57,017 nt of DNA, from positions 1 through 57,017 of IMG/VR virus record IMGVR_UViG_3300044724_004801, one strand, 5' to 3'. This DNA is from a virus. Lineage: Duplodnaviria; Caudoviricetes. Positions 20,167 to 29,010 of the stretch are shown piece after piece; within the stretch, counting starts at the first letter, position 1; the number at the start of each line of letters is the position of its first letter. Under the pieces are notes generated by a model, which was not told the DNA's origin, searched no databases, and saw nothing but the letters and a program-made list of their open reading frames with translations. The position numbers were made by a program, and so were the translations under genes.

Positions 20167-21962
20167 TTGTCATACTGTTGACTGTATCCTCCTTCAGCAT
20201 CCAGCGGTAAATCAGAACACCAAAGAGGCGGTGTTTTCATTATACCTATAATTTTAGAAAGTGTCTCGTCAGCATTATTTTCTGAGCCGATACAAACAAT
20301 CTCATCGTGTACCTGTAATACTACAGATACTTCAGGGAGTGCGTGTACTGCTAACATTTGTTCAATAATTACAATACGTGCAAGTGCTTGAACTACGTTT
20401 TCCGTTACACGAGCCCCGTACGTTTTGATAAATCCTTTACCAGAGTCATAGCTGTGTTGACCCCCCGTAAAATTTAGCTTGGGGTAATTTAAATGCATAC
20501 CGTTTGGCAGCTCAATGGCTTGGTGTTTAATAACTAATGGGCCATATGGATAGCAAGTTGACTTTGAAGGAACACACATAGTGTATAAAAAATCTCTAAA
20601 CGTATGCCAAAGTCTAGCTACATTAAAGTATGTAGCTCGGTATTGGCTTACAATTGCGAGCGCTGTGGCGTCAGTAATTTCAACTGAGGGTGTTCCTGTT
20701 TTAAGAGTGTACTTAAATTTTTCATGGCCCATGCCGTAACCAAGACCTAAGATAGCAGTCTTACCAACATATCTTTCTAGTTTGTTTTCTTTAGTAATTG
20801 GGCGGCCATATATTTGTGATGCAAAGTTACTGTATACGTCTTCACCAGCTGCAAAAGAATCAAGTAATGAACCTTCTTTTGCGAGCCAAGCTAACATACG
20901 AGCTTCGATATTTGATAAGTCAGCGACATACAAAAGTTGACCTGGAGGCGCTTGTATTGCAGTACGTAACACTGATCCCCGGGGAAGGTTTTGTAAGTTA
21001 ACACTTTCTGTGCCACCAAAACGGCCTGTGTGAGCTGCGTAATAACGAAGTGGAACTGAGAATGTTTCATCTGGGTTGATGTTTTCTAACATTCTTTGTG
21101 CTCTGGTTTCTTCGATACGTGACTTTACAGCTTCCCTGGCATCCCAAAGATGTTGGTATTCAGGATAGAGGTTCTGCATTTGTATATACGCAGAATCTGT
21201 TTTACTAAATGCAGGAATCTTTTTACCTGTATTTGGGCTGGTTTTAGTTGGTACAACAATGTCCAACGATTCTAAATGCTCAGCAAATTTCTTTTGCGAT
21301 GCTAAAACTTCTCGGCTTACGCCAGACTTTTCTATTAGTTCTTCGGTGTTCGTTTTTATTTTTTCTCGGTGCGTTATCAATAGTTCACGGTTCAGGGTTA
21401 GTTTTGGTTCTACATACATGCGACAAGTAAGATCTATTACATCTAGCTCTTCCTGTGGATAACTTTGTACAAACCTATTAAAGATTGCATAAGTTAAATC
21501 TACGTCTTGTATACAATAGCCAGCGATTTGTTCTTCAATGTCAGGGGGTAAGTCTCGAATGCCTTTAGCATTAACAAGTTCATCTCCTTTACGCATTGTG
21601 TTGTCGTCTGGAAATACACGTTCCGCGGTCGCTTTCAAAGATGCTGATTGATTTGGATACATACCTCGGGCCATCGCAGCTGTATCGTAATAATAAGCAG
21701 GATAAAGTCCTAAGTATTGAGTGAGAATATAAGCATCAAACAAAGTATTGTGGCAAACAATTGCACAATCTTCCCAGGGGATATTTTGTAATGCATCTAA
21801 ATATTCATCTTCACCAAACCATTCAGTTGGTTCATCATTGAATTTCAATCCTACACCCCAGATTTTAAAGTCTGGGTGATGTATATATTGAACTGTAGTA
21901 ATTTTTTTAAGCGACAGAGTGCTGTCGTAATAAGTTTCAAAGTCTAAATAAACTTTATTCAT
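20163..21962 (-). CDS. Family A DNA polymerase with 3'-5' exonuclease
   Basis: LDFET, HNTLFD, YCIQDV; motif A DLSNIEAR, motif B RYVGKTAILGLGYG, motif C VHDE; start set at the ATGA overlap 21962. Confidence 0.95.
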   Translation of the reverse strand: MNKVYLDFETYYDSTLSLKKITTVQYIHHPDFKIWGVGLKFNDEPTEWFGEDEYLDALQNIPWEDCAIVCHNTLFDAYILTQYLGLYPAYYYDTAAMARGMYPNQSASLKATAERVFPDDNTMRKGDELVNAKGIRDLPPDIEEQIAGYCIQDVDLTYAIFNRFVQSYPQEELDVIDLTCRMYVEPKLTLNRELLITHREKIKTNTEELIEKSGVSREVLASQKKFAEHLESLDIVVPTKTSPNTGKKIPAFSKTDSAYIQMQNLYPEYQHLWDAREAVKSRIEETRAQRMLENINPDETFSVPLRYYAAHTGRFGGTESVNLQNLPRGSVLRTAIQAPPGQLLYVADLSNIEARMLAWLAKEGSLLDSFAAGEDVYSNFASQIYGRPITKENKLERYVGKTAILGLGYGMGHEKFKYTLKTGTPSVEITDATALAIVSQYRATYFNVARLWHTFRDFLYTMCVPSKSTCYPYGPLVIKHQAIELPNGMHLNYPKLNFTGGQHSYDSGKGFIKTYGARVTENVVQALARIVIIEQMLAVHALPEVSVVLQVHDEIVCIGSENNADETLSKIIGIMKTPPLWCSDLPLDAEGGYSQQYDK

Positions 21963-22444
21963 GTTGTCCACCAATTGGGTTTAGGTCTGTTCTTGTTCCA
22001 TTGAGCGTATGTTTTTTCTGCAATGCAGTAATTACGATAAGATTCCACAGGATCTTTTGTTTTGTATTGATCAGGCATTGCTAAAGCTGGAGGTGTTAGA
22101 TCACCTTCAGGTATATTTTTAGGAGGAGTTCCTAATGGGTAACCAAGTTTTACAAGGCTGGCGTGTCTTTTTTGATATCTATAATAATATTCATTACCAA
22201 GAGCAATAAAATGTTTATATAACCAAAGATAGTTTTCTTTTGTTTGTCTTGCCCAAATAGTACATGGATGATTCCAATATGCTCTTTTGTATAGATTGTT
22301 GGCATCTGCATACTCATCTCCATCTAATTCTCTGTGTGCAGTTGATAACATTTGAGCTGTTTCCAACGGCATCTTGACCAGCATTTTGTCTGGTTGTGCT
22401 TGAGCAGATAAAGTAGGGCAGGGGTAAAAATAAAATATGTTCAT
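21959..22444 (-). CDS. Pyrimidine-dimer DNA glycosylase / endonuclease V-like protein
   Basis: MNIFY...DK.LVKMPLETAQMLSTAH...NHPCTIWAR...AMPD.YK...YRNY. Confidence 0.8.
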   Translation of the reverse strand: MNIFYFYPCPTLSAQAQPDKMLVKMPLETAQMLSTAHRELDGDEYADANNLYKRAYWNHPCTIWARQTKENYLWLYKHFIALGNEYYYRYQKRHASLVKLGYPLGTPPKNIPEGDLTPPALAMPDQYKTKDPVESYRNYCIAEKTYAQWNKNRPKPNWWTT

Positions 22445-22469
22445 TTGAATTATCCTTAATTAAATGAGT

Positions 22470-22478
22470 TTTTATTAT
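22470..22478 (-). promoter_or_regulatory. Putative extended -10 promoter (TGcCATAAT) for replication genes
   Basis: Lies just after a terminator and before the AAGGA SD of 22444. Confidence 0.45.
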
Positions 22479-22499
22479 GGCACAACTTTTTTAAATTTT

Positions 22500-22522
22500 A
22501 AAATAGCCCCCAATGAGGGGGC
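22500..22522 (-). terminator. Rho-independent terminator
   Basis: gccccc-tcatt-gggggc followed by tatttt on the - strand. Confidence 0.7.
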
Positions 22523-22527
22523 ATAGA

Positions 22528-22857
22528 TTAATTAGTTTTACGCCACTTGGGCTCTATGGTTTCCCACTTAAGGGTTGGTGTATTAATTGTAAATTTGTTA
22601 AGAACTTTCTTAGGTTCTTTCTTTACAGATAATACTTCGTGTCGCATTGTTTTCTTTAGGATAAACAAAACAATAGACGCACACAGACCACCAACCATAG
22701 CGGCAGTCATACCGCTGAAAGTGCCGTAGAAGCAAACCATAAGTGTTACTGTAATAAGGACGTCAACAAACACATCGTTACCGATAGTTTTACGTCCACC
22801 AATTTTAAGCGCTAGCAGCAACAGACCAAGCGCGCTGACGATACCGATCAACAACAT
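22528..22857 (-). CDS. Membrane protein (about 3 TM)
   Basis: Hydrophobic segments. Confidence 0.7.
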   Translation of the reverse strand: MLLIGIVSALGLLLLALKIGGRKTIGNDVFVDVLITVTLMVCFYGTFSGMTAAMVGGLCASIVLFILKKTMRHEVLSVKKEPKKVLNKFTINTPTLKWETIEPKWRKTN

Positions 22858-22957
22858 TGCCTCTATCCCTCCACATTAGATACGCCATATAGGCAAATTG
22901 AATTAGCTCGATGAGAATCCATAGAGCGGTTGTAGCAGATGTAATAATACTAGACAT
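22805..22957 (-). CDS. 50-aa single-TM protein (not in ORF track)
   Basis: MSSIITSATTALWILIELIQFAYMAYLMWRDRG...; GGAG SD. Confidence 0.55.
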   Translation of the reverse strand: MSSIITSATTALWILIELIQFAYMAYLMWRDRGNVVDRYRQRAWSVAASA

Positions 22958-23135
22958 CTAAAAGTCTCCAGAGTAAAAATATAACTGCACCCAGTGATAC
23001 TGAGATTGCAATTAACATTAGAAAATGATGCAACGATGTTGCAATGGCAAGTAAGCCAAGCAACACTGCACCGCCAGTAAGAACAGATACACCAAAGTCT
23101 TTGATGTTCTGTTTAAATTTTGATGATTTCACCAT
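22950..23135 (-). CDS. Small 2-TM membrane protein
   Basis: Two hydrophobic helices; GGAGG SD. Confidence 0.65.
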   Translation of the reverse strand: MVKSSKFKQNIKDFGVSVLTGGAVLLGLLAIATSLHHFLMLIAISVSLGAVIFLLWRLLDV

Positions 23136-24213
23136 AAGGCGCCTCCTCTGCGTTTGTTGTTATCCATAGAACTGGATATGGTGGTTGATCTCCGAAGTCG
23201 TTTGACTCAAGGTCAGTAAGATAAACTAGAGCTTCGACATTGGGATGTTTTTCATTGATATAAGATATAACAGGCTCAAACGCTGTGCCGCCTCTGCCCC
23301 GGTAAGTTACCTTTAATGGCAGCGACTCTCGAGTATATGTTTCATCTGATTGTACTTCTGAGTCACACTGTATAAAGTGTACAGCGTTTGGAGCTAGGTC
23401 TTGTAAAATAGTAGATGCTTCAGTGGTAAATTGTTGTAGCTCTTCATCAGACACAGAGCCAGAGGTATCTACTGCAACTGCTATTTCACCTAGGCAAGGA
23501 TTATGTGCCGATGGCAAATACATTCCTTGCGCAATAAACCTACGATTAGGACGAATCCAAGAGTAATCTGACTGGTTATTGGAACGTAGAAATCTAGCCA
23601 ATACCATACGCCAGTCAACCTTGGGCTTCGTTGCAAGGCCGACGATCGATTCCATTTTACTTGACAGTTTGCCAGATGCTTTTGCAACTTCGGCAGCTTG
23701 ATTGATTGCAACAGTAAGTTGGGCTTCAATCGCGCTGCTAGTCTGCTGTGAAGTTGCATCTGGATGATCAATAACACTGCCACAACCACCGAAGTCTGCA
23801 GCAAGCGAGTCCCATCCCTCGGGAGGTTCGGGGAGGATGCTGTAAACATGCTCGGTGGTCATATCGGCATACTGAGAATCTAGCAGTCCGCCAGATGGTA
23901 ATATAAATCCTTCTTGTTCAAGTAGTAGGTTGATGACATAGTCAGCAGCAACGTTCCACTTTTGTGGTTGACGTTCTTGTCTACGTAGATGATGCATGAA
24001 TACAACATGCATAACTTCGTGTGCAAGAAAACCTATACGTTCCTCTGGTCTTAGCTTTTCAAACCATGTAGGATTGTAGATAAGAGATTTACCATCTGTG
24101 GCACCCGTATCAATATCTTCACGCTCTACGGGCTTGAGTCGAAGACATAGGGTGCCAAAGAATGGATTGTCAAGAATAAGTCTTGAACGGGCTTTTATAA
24201 ATGATTCGTTCAT
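23113..24213 (-). CDS. DUF2201-type metallopeptidase + vWA domain protein
   Basis: TGATDG, LAHEVMH, WNVAADYVIN; vWA MIDAS DTSGS, GGT, YLTD. Confidence 0.9.
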   Translation of the reverse strand: MNESFIKARSRLILDNPFFGTLCLRLKPVEREDIDTGATDGKSLIYNPTWFEKLRPEERIGFLAHEVMHVVFMHHLRRQERQPQKWNVAADYVINLLLEQEGFILPSGGLLDSQYADMTTEHVYSILPEPPEGWDSLAADFGGCGSVIDHPDATSQQTSSAIEAQLTVAINQAAEVAKASGKLSSKMESIVGLATKPKVDWRMVLARFLRSNNQSDYSWIRPNRRFIAQGMYLPSAHNPCLGEIAVAVDTSGSVSDEELQQFTTEASTILQDLAPNAVHFIQCDSEVQSDETYTRESLPLKVTYRGRGGTAFEPVISYINEKHPNVEALVYLTDLESNDFGDQPPYPVLWITTNAEEAPYGEIIKI

Positions 24214-24812
24214 TGTTCGAGTTTCCTTAATAATACTTCCGCTTTTCGTGTATTAAATTTTTCACAGCGTTCTTGTTGGAAAGCTTTTTGCCAAGCTGGG
24301 CCACTAATTGCAACAGATGCTTCGGCTTCTAATCTTTCTTGATTGAGATAATAGAACTTATTGTGTTGCTGAGTTTCATACTGGTCGTATTTTTGAGTAT
24401 CGTGGTTCCAATAAGAACGCATTTCTGTAAATGTTTTATTATCAAAAGAAACTTTGCCAAAGATATCTGAAGTATAGACCTTCATAAATCTAGAAGTCAG
24501 ATAGGTATAATCTGGTTGTTTACCTTCAGGCCAGTTTTTTCTTCGACACTCAGGATGTTTTATATAAAAATCCTCTTGGTCTTTCCAACCTGTTTGATGA
24601 GCATAGTTACGAAAATACATGCCATATGAAGAATTAACACCAAACAATTTGGCACATAAATACACAACTTGTGGGCTTCTGTTTGTGTTTCTAGGCACAT
24701 ACCATTCATAAGCGTTGATGTAGGCATAACCTACACCCCCGCAGAATCTGTATGAAACCCAGTCACCTATATCAAAGTGACGAATAGTAGGATCTAGTCG
24801 TTTCCTAGGCAT
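24210..24812 (-). CDS. Hypothetical protein
   Basis: Coupled ORF. Confidence 0.7.
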   Translation of the reverse strand: MPRKRLDPTIRHFDIGDWVSYRFCGGVGYAYINAYEWYVPRNTNRSPQVVYLCAKLFGVNSSYGMYFRNYAHQTGWKDQEDFYIKHPECRRKNWPEGKQPDYTYLTSRFMKVYTSDIFGKVSFDNKTFTEMRSYWNHDTQKYDQYETQQHNKFYYLNQERLEAEASVAISGPAWQKAFQQERCEKFNTRKAEVLLRKLEQ

Positions 24813-25462
24813 TAGATTTCCTCCAAGAGTTTAGACTCTAGTAATACTTCGTTAAGCTCTTGTTCTTGCTCAACGATAAAGTCACGCTGTTGCTGTTGTT
24901 TAGCTTTACGATTGACTTTTTCATAGAGCTTTTGAACTTTGTCAGTAGGAACTAAGTCTTTAAGAGCAGGCCAAGCTTTCATTGCTTGATTCAAAGTGCT
25001 GAACTCTTGGCAAACACTTTCAATCTTGTTGACGTAAGTTTGCTCTTGTTCTTTACGCTTTTTGTTGTATTCAGAAATACTGTAAAGTTGTTGAGCAAAT
25101 TCATGTTCAAACGGTAAATTGATTTCACCTGAATACCAACTGCTACTCATGAAACTTGGAATTTGTCTTTCGGTAAGAAACTTACAACTATAGGTTTCAG
25201 TTTTTATTGGTCTGTCAGGATCGTCGCTTGGGACATCTACATTAACATTAAGATTCTCTACACTTTTCATAGTGTAATTAACCATGTTGTCTAGCGTTTC
25301 GCTGAACTGTTGCAAAAGCTTATCCAATTTAGGTACGATGTTTTCATTGTAAAACGTATCCGGAGCTGGAAAGTCTTTTTCAGGATTTACAATCCGATAT
25401 TTTTCTTTAGCGTTGTGACGTATTTCACGTAACAAACGATCAGACATTCTTACTGTAGCCAT
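24812..25462 (-). CDS. Hypothetical protein, Nmad5-like C-terminus
   Basis: TLNQAMKAWPALKDLVP resembles the Nmad5 signature. Confidence 0.5.
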   Translation of the reverse strand: MATVRMSDRLLREIRHNAKEKYRIVNPEKDFPAPDTFYNENIVPKLDKLLQQFSETLDNMVNYTMKSVENLNVNVDVPSDDPDRPIKTETYSCKFLTERQIPSFMSSSWYSGEINLPFEHEFAQQLYSISEYNKKRKEQEQTYVNKIESVCQEFSTLNQAMKAWPALKDLVPTDKVQKLYEKVNRKAKQQQQRDFIVEQEQELNEVLLESKLLEEI

Positions 25463-25473
25463 ATGTATACCTC

Positions 25474-26496
25474 CTATAAAATGACATTGGCGTTATCAAC
25501 AATCCACTGACGACAGTGTTTGTTGGATTTAAGATTTCTGTCAACGGCTAAACAACCTTTGACAAGTATGACTTGAAACTCGACCGGAATCTTTTTGGCT
25601 AGCTTCATAATGTTTTCCATCTTGTTGTCGACAGCTCGCGCTGCAACAGAACTCGATAGAGCATACAAGACAGCTGGGTTCTCATCCTTCTTGTATGTTG
25701 ATGGATCTTCGAGAAGTTTGTCGATGTCAGGCAGCTTGTCGGATATTTCTTTGTATGCAAGAAACTCACCGGCTGGACCATCACCGACAATAGAAGAGAT
25801 GCCAAAGAACAACGAATCATGGTCGACGTTCTCCGGTTGAACTCTTAGCTTTTTGTTAACAAAGGCCCATGCACGCGGAGTTGGAAACGCATACTCATCA
25901 GCACTGAAGCTGTAGAGTAAATTGGGTCGATATTGCAAGAAGCCAATAACCTCGGGAGAGACATTGTTGGCATATGCCCACGATACCCAATCGTCGATGT
26001 TGGCTTCCAACTCGTAGTGCGCGAGTCTGTTCCTCACAGGAGAAGGCATTTGATAGACGGCTGCAGCATCGGTTAGACGGTTACCTGCAGCAAGCATAGA
26101 CCAGCCGCTCGGTAGTTCATAGTCACCGATACGTCTGGTAAGTAAAAGTTGCAGGAAAGCATTCTGTGTCGCAGGCGGAGCAGTCGGTAGCTCGTCAATG
26201 AACATCATACCTGTGTCACCATCCCGACTTTTAATGGGAAACACGTCAGGTACCGCCCAACGAGTAAAACGCTTTCCTGTCTCTTTTTCCTGCATGATGT
26301 GTGGGACTCCACGCACATCGACAGGGTCAAACAGGTTTGCACGAAAGTCGATAAGATTCATACCGAGACTGTCCGCGACTTGTTGGGGTATTTCTGATTT
26401 ACCGATGCCTGGCCCACCCCATATCATTGTATTGATGCCGGCACGCATATTTTGCTTGATCTCTGATATCAGAGCTGATGGTTTTATAGAATGCAT
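25474..26496 (-). CDS. MoxR-like AAA+ ATPase
   Basis: GGPGIGKS, DVRGVP, FIDE, AAGN, NR, TPRAW. Confidence 0.92.
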   Translation of the reverse strand: MHSIKPSALISEIKQNMRAGINTMIWGGPGIGKSEIPQQVADSLGMNLIDFRANLFDPVDVRGVPHIMQEKETGKRFTRWAVPDVFPIKSRDGDTGMMFIDELPTAPPATQNAFLQLLLTRRIGDYELPSGWSMLAAGNRLTDAAAVYQMPSPVRNRLAHYELEANIDDWVSWAYANNVSPEVIGFLQYRPNLLYSFSADEYAFPTPRAWAFVNKKLRVQPENVDHDSLFFGISSIVGDGPAGEFLAYKEISDKLPDIDKLLEDPSTYKKDENPAVLYALSSSVAARAVDNKMENIMKLAKKIPVEFQVILVKGCLAVDRNLKSNKHCRQWIVDNANVIL

Positions 26497-26506
26497 AGTT
26501 ACCTCC

Positions 26507-26692
26507 TTATGTTTCTATGGGTTCTACATTAATTACTTCTATTTGCTCGCCAGTAGCGATTGACTTAATAAAAGCGAGTTTGGCTAGCAGCTTATAATTA
26601 AAGTTGCTATTAAATTCTGGAGCAGAAAACGTAATTGTTATCTGCATATCTGGTGTGTCTTTATCGACAAATGTGGCTCTCCATTTAATCAT
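26507..26692 (-). CDS. Hypothetical protein
   Basis: Coupled ORF. Confidence 0.6.
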   Translation of the reverse strand: MIKWRATFVDKDTPDMQITITFSAPEFNSNFNYKLLAKLAFIKSIATGEQIEVINVEPIET

Positions 26693-27012
26693 TTCTTACC
26701 CCCTTTGATAATTTTAAATGGTCTTACTTTAGTGGCTGGTTCAAATAGTATGTCTGGCTCAAACCGTGGTGTAGTGAACCAAACGGCAACGCTCAACGGT
26801 TCACGTTCGTCAAGATGTGATGACTCACGATATGAGGCACACAACTTAGCTATTTCACCGAAAAGGTAATCAAATGATTGGTTATCAGAACGATAACCTA
26901 AGCAATAGCTAGTTTGGTTTGGCAGTTCCTCAAAGTCTAAACGCTGAGCAGTTTCTTCTTCTAGAACTGAGATTTGAATGTGTATTTCGTAGGCAGTATC
27001 GTCTTGATACAT
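26689..27012 (-). CDS. Hypothetical protein
   Basis: Start revised to ATG 27012 after the AGGAGG SD. Confidence 0.65.
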   Translation of the reverse strand: MYQDDTAYEIHIQISVLEEETAQRLDFEELPNQTSYCLGYRSDNQSFDYLFGEIAKLCASYRESSHLDEREPLSVAVWFTTPRFEPDILFEPATKVRPFKIIKGGKK

Positions 27013-27034
27013 AAGCACACCTCCTGTGCATAAA

Positions 27035-27182
27035 TTGCTGGAAAGTAGACGGAAGGGAAGAAATTAACTTAATAATAAGTAAAAATGCCTACCTTCCAGC
27101 AAACTTGTTAAATTGTCGGGAAACAAACGGTTGGTTATAAATATTTACGTATACAATTTAAAAAGTGTTTGCTTCCCAACAA
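27035..27182 (-). ncRNA. Candidate structured RNA: two tandem 16-bp stems with 36/38-nt AU-rich loops
   Basis: Arms 27035-50/27087-102 and 27113-28/27167-82; all four non-Watson-Crick pairs are G-U on the - strand. Confidence 0.6.
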
Positions 27183-27184
27183 AC

Positions 27185-27340
27185 TTAATAATAGTTTTTC
27201 CAAAAGTCACGCCAAATAGATTCGGCATACTCTTGAGACATATGATCGTTTGGGTACTCTTCTTCAACTGCTTTCATATACTGAGAAAAGTCAAAGCCTT
27301 CATTCATAATAGAGTCGCAAAACTCTTCAATGTCCATCAT
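27185..27340 (-). CDS. 51-aa acidic protein (not in ORF track)
   Basis: MMDIEEFCDSIMNEGFDF...WRDFWKNYY*; co-oriented with neighbours. Confidence 0.6.
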   Translation of the reverse strand: MMDIEEFCDSIMNEGFDFSQYMKAVEEEYPNDHMSQEYAESIWRDFWKNYY

Positions 27341-27348
27341 GTGATCTT

Positions 27349-27540
27349 TTAAACGTCCCATGTTTGTCTCTCCTTAACTACTCTACCTGAAAGGTATTCA
27401 GTCTGAGATAGCGTTTCGCGTTTACCTTGATTGTTGATGGTTGACTGAAAATAGATAAACTTAATTTTTTTATCTAGCGCTTCTATGGCTAGCTCTTCTT
27501 TACGTTTCTCTACTTTCTTTCTAGTGTGATAATCGGCCAT
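27349..27540 (-). CDS. Hypothetical protein
   Basis: ORF in operon. Confidence 0.6.
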   Translation of the reverse strand: MADYHTRKKVEKRKEELAIEALDKKIKFIYFQSTINNQGKRETLSQTEYLSGRVVKERQTWDV

Positions 27541-27549
27541 AATATCTAC

Positions 27550-27930
27550 CTACCACCAACAACTATACCAAACTTTCTTACCTTGATCTAACCAGGCAAG
27601 AGCCTTGTCACAGAAGTCAAGGTCATACGAAGCAGATGCACGCATCTCTTCGTCTTGATACTGTTGACCCCAAAAGAAGCCATCTTTGGCTTCAGGTAAA
27701 GAGTAGGTTGTGATTTTGTTTTTAAGATCAACAATGTCGGCTTTATCAAGATAAAGATCGACGCAATTAAATTCACAACCCATTACACCAAATGGTGCTT
27801 CTTTGCCTTGCTTTTGATACCAAAGCTGACGCATAAACTCTTGCAATCTTGCATGCTTGCGCCATTCAAATTCTATTTTAGGCTCGTCGTTTTCTGACTC
27901 GAGCCAGCCTGCTGACATATCTAGTCCCAT
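27550..27930 (-). CDS. Conserved phage protein (MGLD...WRK...GFFWG...YxxWW family)
   Basis: Motif pattern; start revised to ATG 27930. Confidence 0.7.
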   Translation of the reverse strand: MGLDMSAGWLESENDEPKIEFEWRKHARLQEFMRQLWYQKQGKEAPFGVMGCEFNCVDLYLDKADIVDLKNKITTYSLPEAKDGFFWGQQYQDEEMRASASYDLDFCDKALAWLDQGKKVWYSCWW

Positions 27931-27958
27931 GTGCACACCTCCTGTGTGTAAAAAAAGA

Positions 27959-28227
27959 TAGGTAGAAGTAGCGTGGCCTATCTTACTCTTCTATAAAGAA
28001 GTCGTCCTACTCTCTACTTCTACCTAAACTGGTAAAAAATTAAATGGCTCGTTTGCGACCACAAGTGAGCCAGACTTGCCTTATGGGTATATGAAAACCC
28101 TGGTCTTATATCGGTTGGCGAGCCTTTTTCATTTCTCGCCTGAGTCTTACGATGAACTAATCCCTACCGCTTGACAAAATTTACATCTCTCCACTGTCCT
28201 ATCGGTAGGTCAATACAGTGGAGAGAT
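27959..28227 (-). ncRNA. Candidate structured intergenic RNA/leader with a series of hairpins
   Basis: Perfect 13-bp inverted repeats 27959-71/28014-26 and 28185-97/28215-27, plus 6-bp stems tggctc/gagcca and ggcgag/ctcgcc. Confidence 0.45.
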
Positions 28228-28233
28228 AGAAGA

Positions 28234-29010
28234 CTAAGCTACGTCGGACAGATCCATTGCCTCGTTGGCTTGCTTAGTCATTGTCATTGCAGACTTGATG
28301 GAGGTGTCAACTACATTGTTGTAATTCCACTCTGCAAGTCTTTGCAATCTTAACTCGACTTGAGTTTTTACCCTAAACTCATCGATTGAGACATTTTTTA
28401 AACCAAAGTCGCTATCGATAGCAGCTAGAGCAGTCTTGAGTAAGCGAGCTTTTCTACCAAGCTGAAGCATTTTATCTTCACGCTCGATGAGCCACTCAGG
28501 AATCTCTTTGGTCGGATCTTGTTCCGCCATAGATTCTTTATACTCATAGACAATCGAGACGAACTCAGCCCATGTTCTAGTAGCCAACTGTAGAAAGTTG
28601 ATACCAGTAGTCTGAGGGTCAACCTCGAGCAACGGCTTTTGCCCAAGAACGATTTGTTCAACTTGTAAGTTGAAGTACTCACGTTCTTTGTCAGCAAGAG
28701 CGTCGTCATCCTTGTTGAATGTTTGCTCAGTATCAATCTTTTCATTGAAGATCTTCATGATGCCAAATATTCTACTTGGATTGAAGGTTGGTTTGCCTTC
28801 ATTATCAAGCATGTATTTCTTGTAGAAATAATCAGGCAAGATAATGTCGTCTTGGGTGGCTCTTCTTTCAGAGCCTTCAGGATCACCATTGGTGTCTGGA
28901 GACCAGGCACTTTCTGGGGTGTGTTTTGGTGGCAATAGCTCACCGGTTTCACCGTTTTTTGTATCGATCTCGATCTCGAGATCAGTTGGATCAAAGAAAT
29001 TATCACTCAT
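28234..29010 (-). CDS. Acidic hypothetical early protein
   Basis: 258-aa ORF, AAGGAGG SD. Confidence 0.75.
   Translation of the reverse strand: MSDNFFDPTDLEIEIDTKNGETGELLPPKHTPESAWSPDTNGDPEGSERRATQDDIILPDYFYKKYMLDNEGKPTFNPSRIFGIMKIFNEKIDTEQTFNKDDDALADKEREYFNLQVEQIVLGQKPLLEVDPQTTGINFLQLATRTWAEFVSIVYEYKESMAEQDPTKEIPEWLIEREDKMLQLGRKARLLKTALAAIDSDFGLKNVSIDEFRVKTQVELRLQRLAEWNYNNVVDTSIKSAMTMTKQANEAMDLSDVA

Noticed and set aside
27113-27352. 79-aa + strand ORF
   Set aside because: Antisense to the early operon; the - strand 51-aa ORF and the RNA stems explain the region better
27947-28233. tRNA gene in the structured intergenic region
   Set aside because: No cloverleaf, T-loop GTTCRA or CCA end recognised
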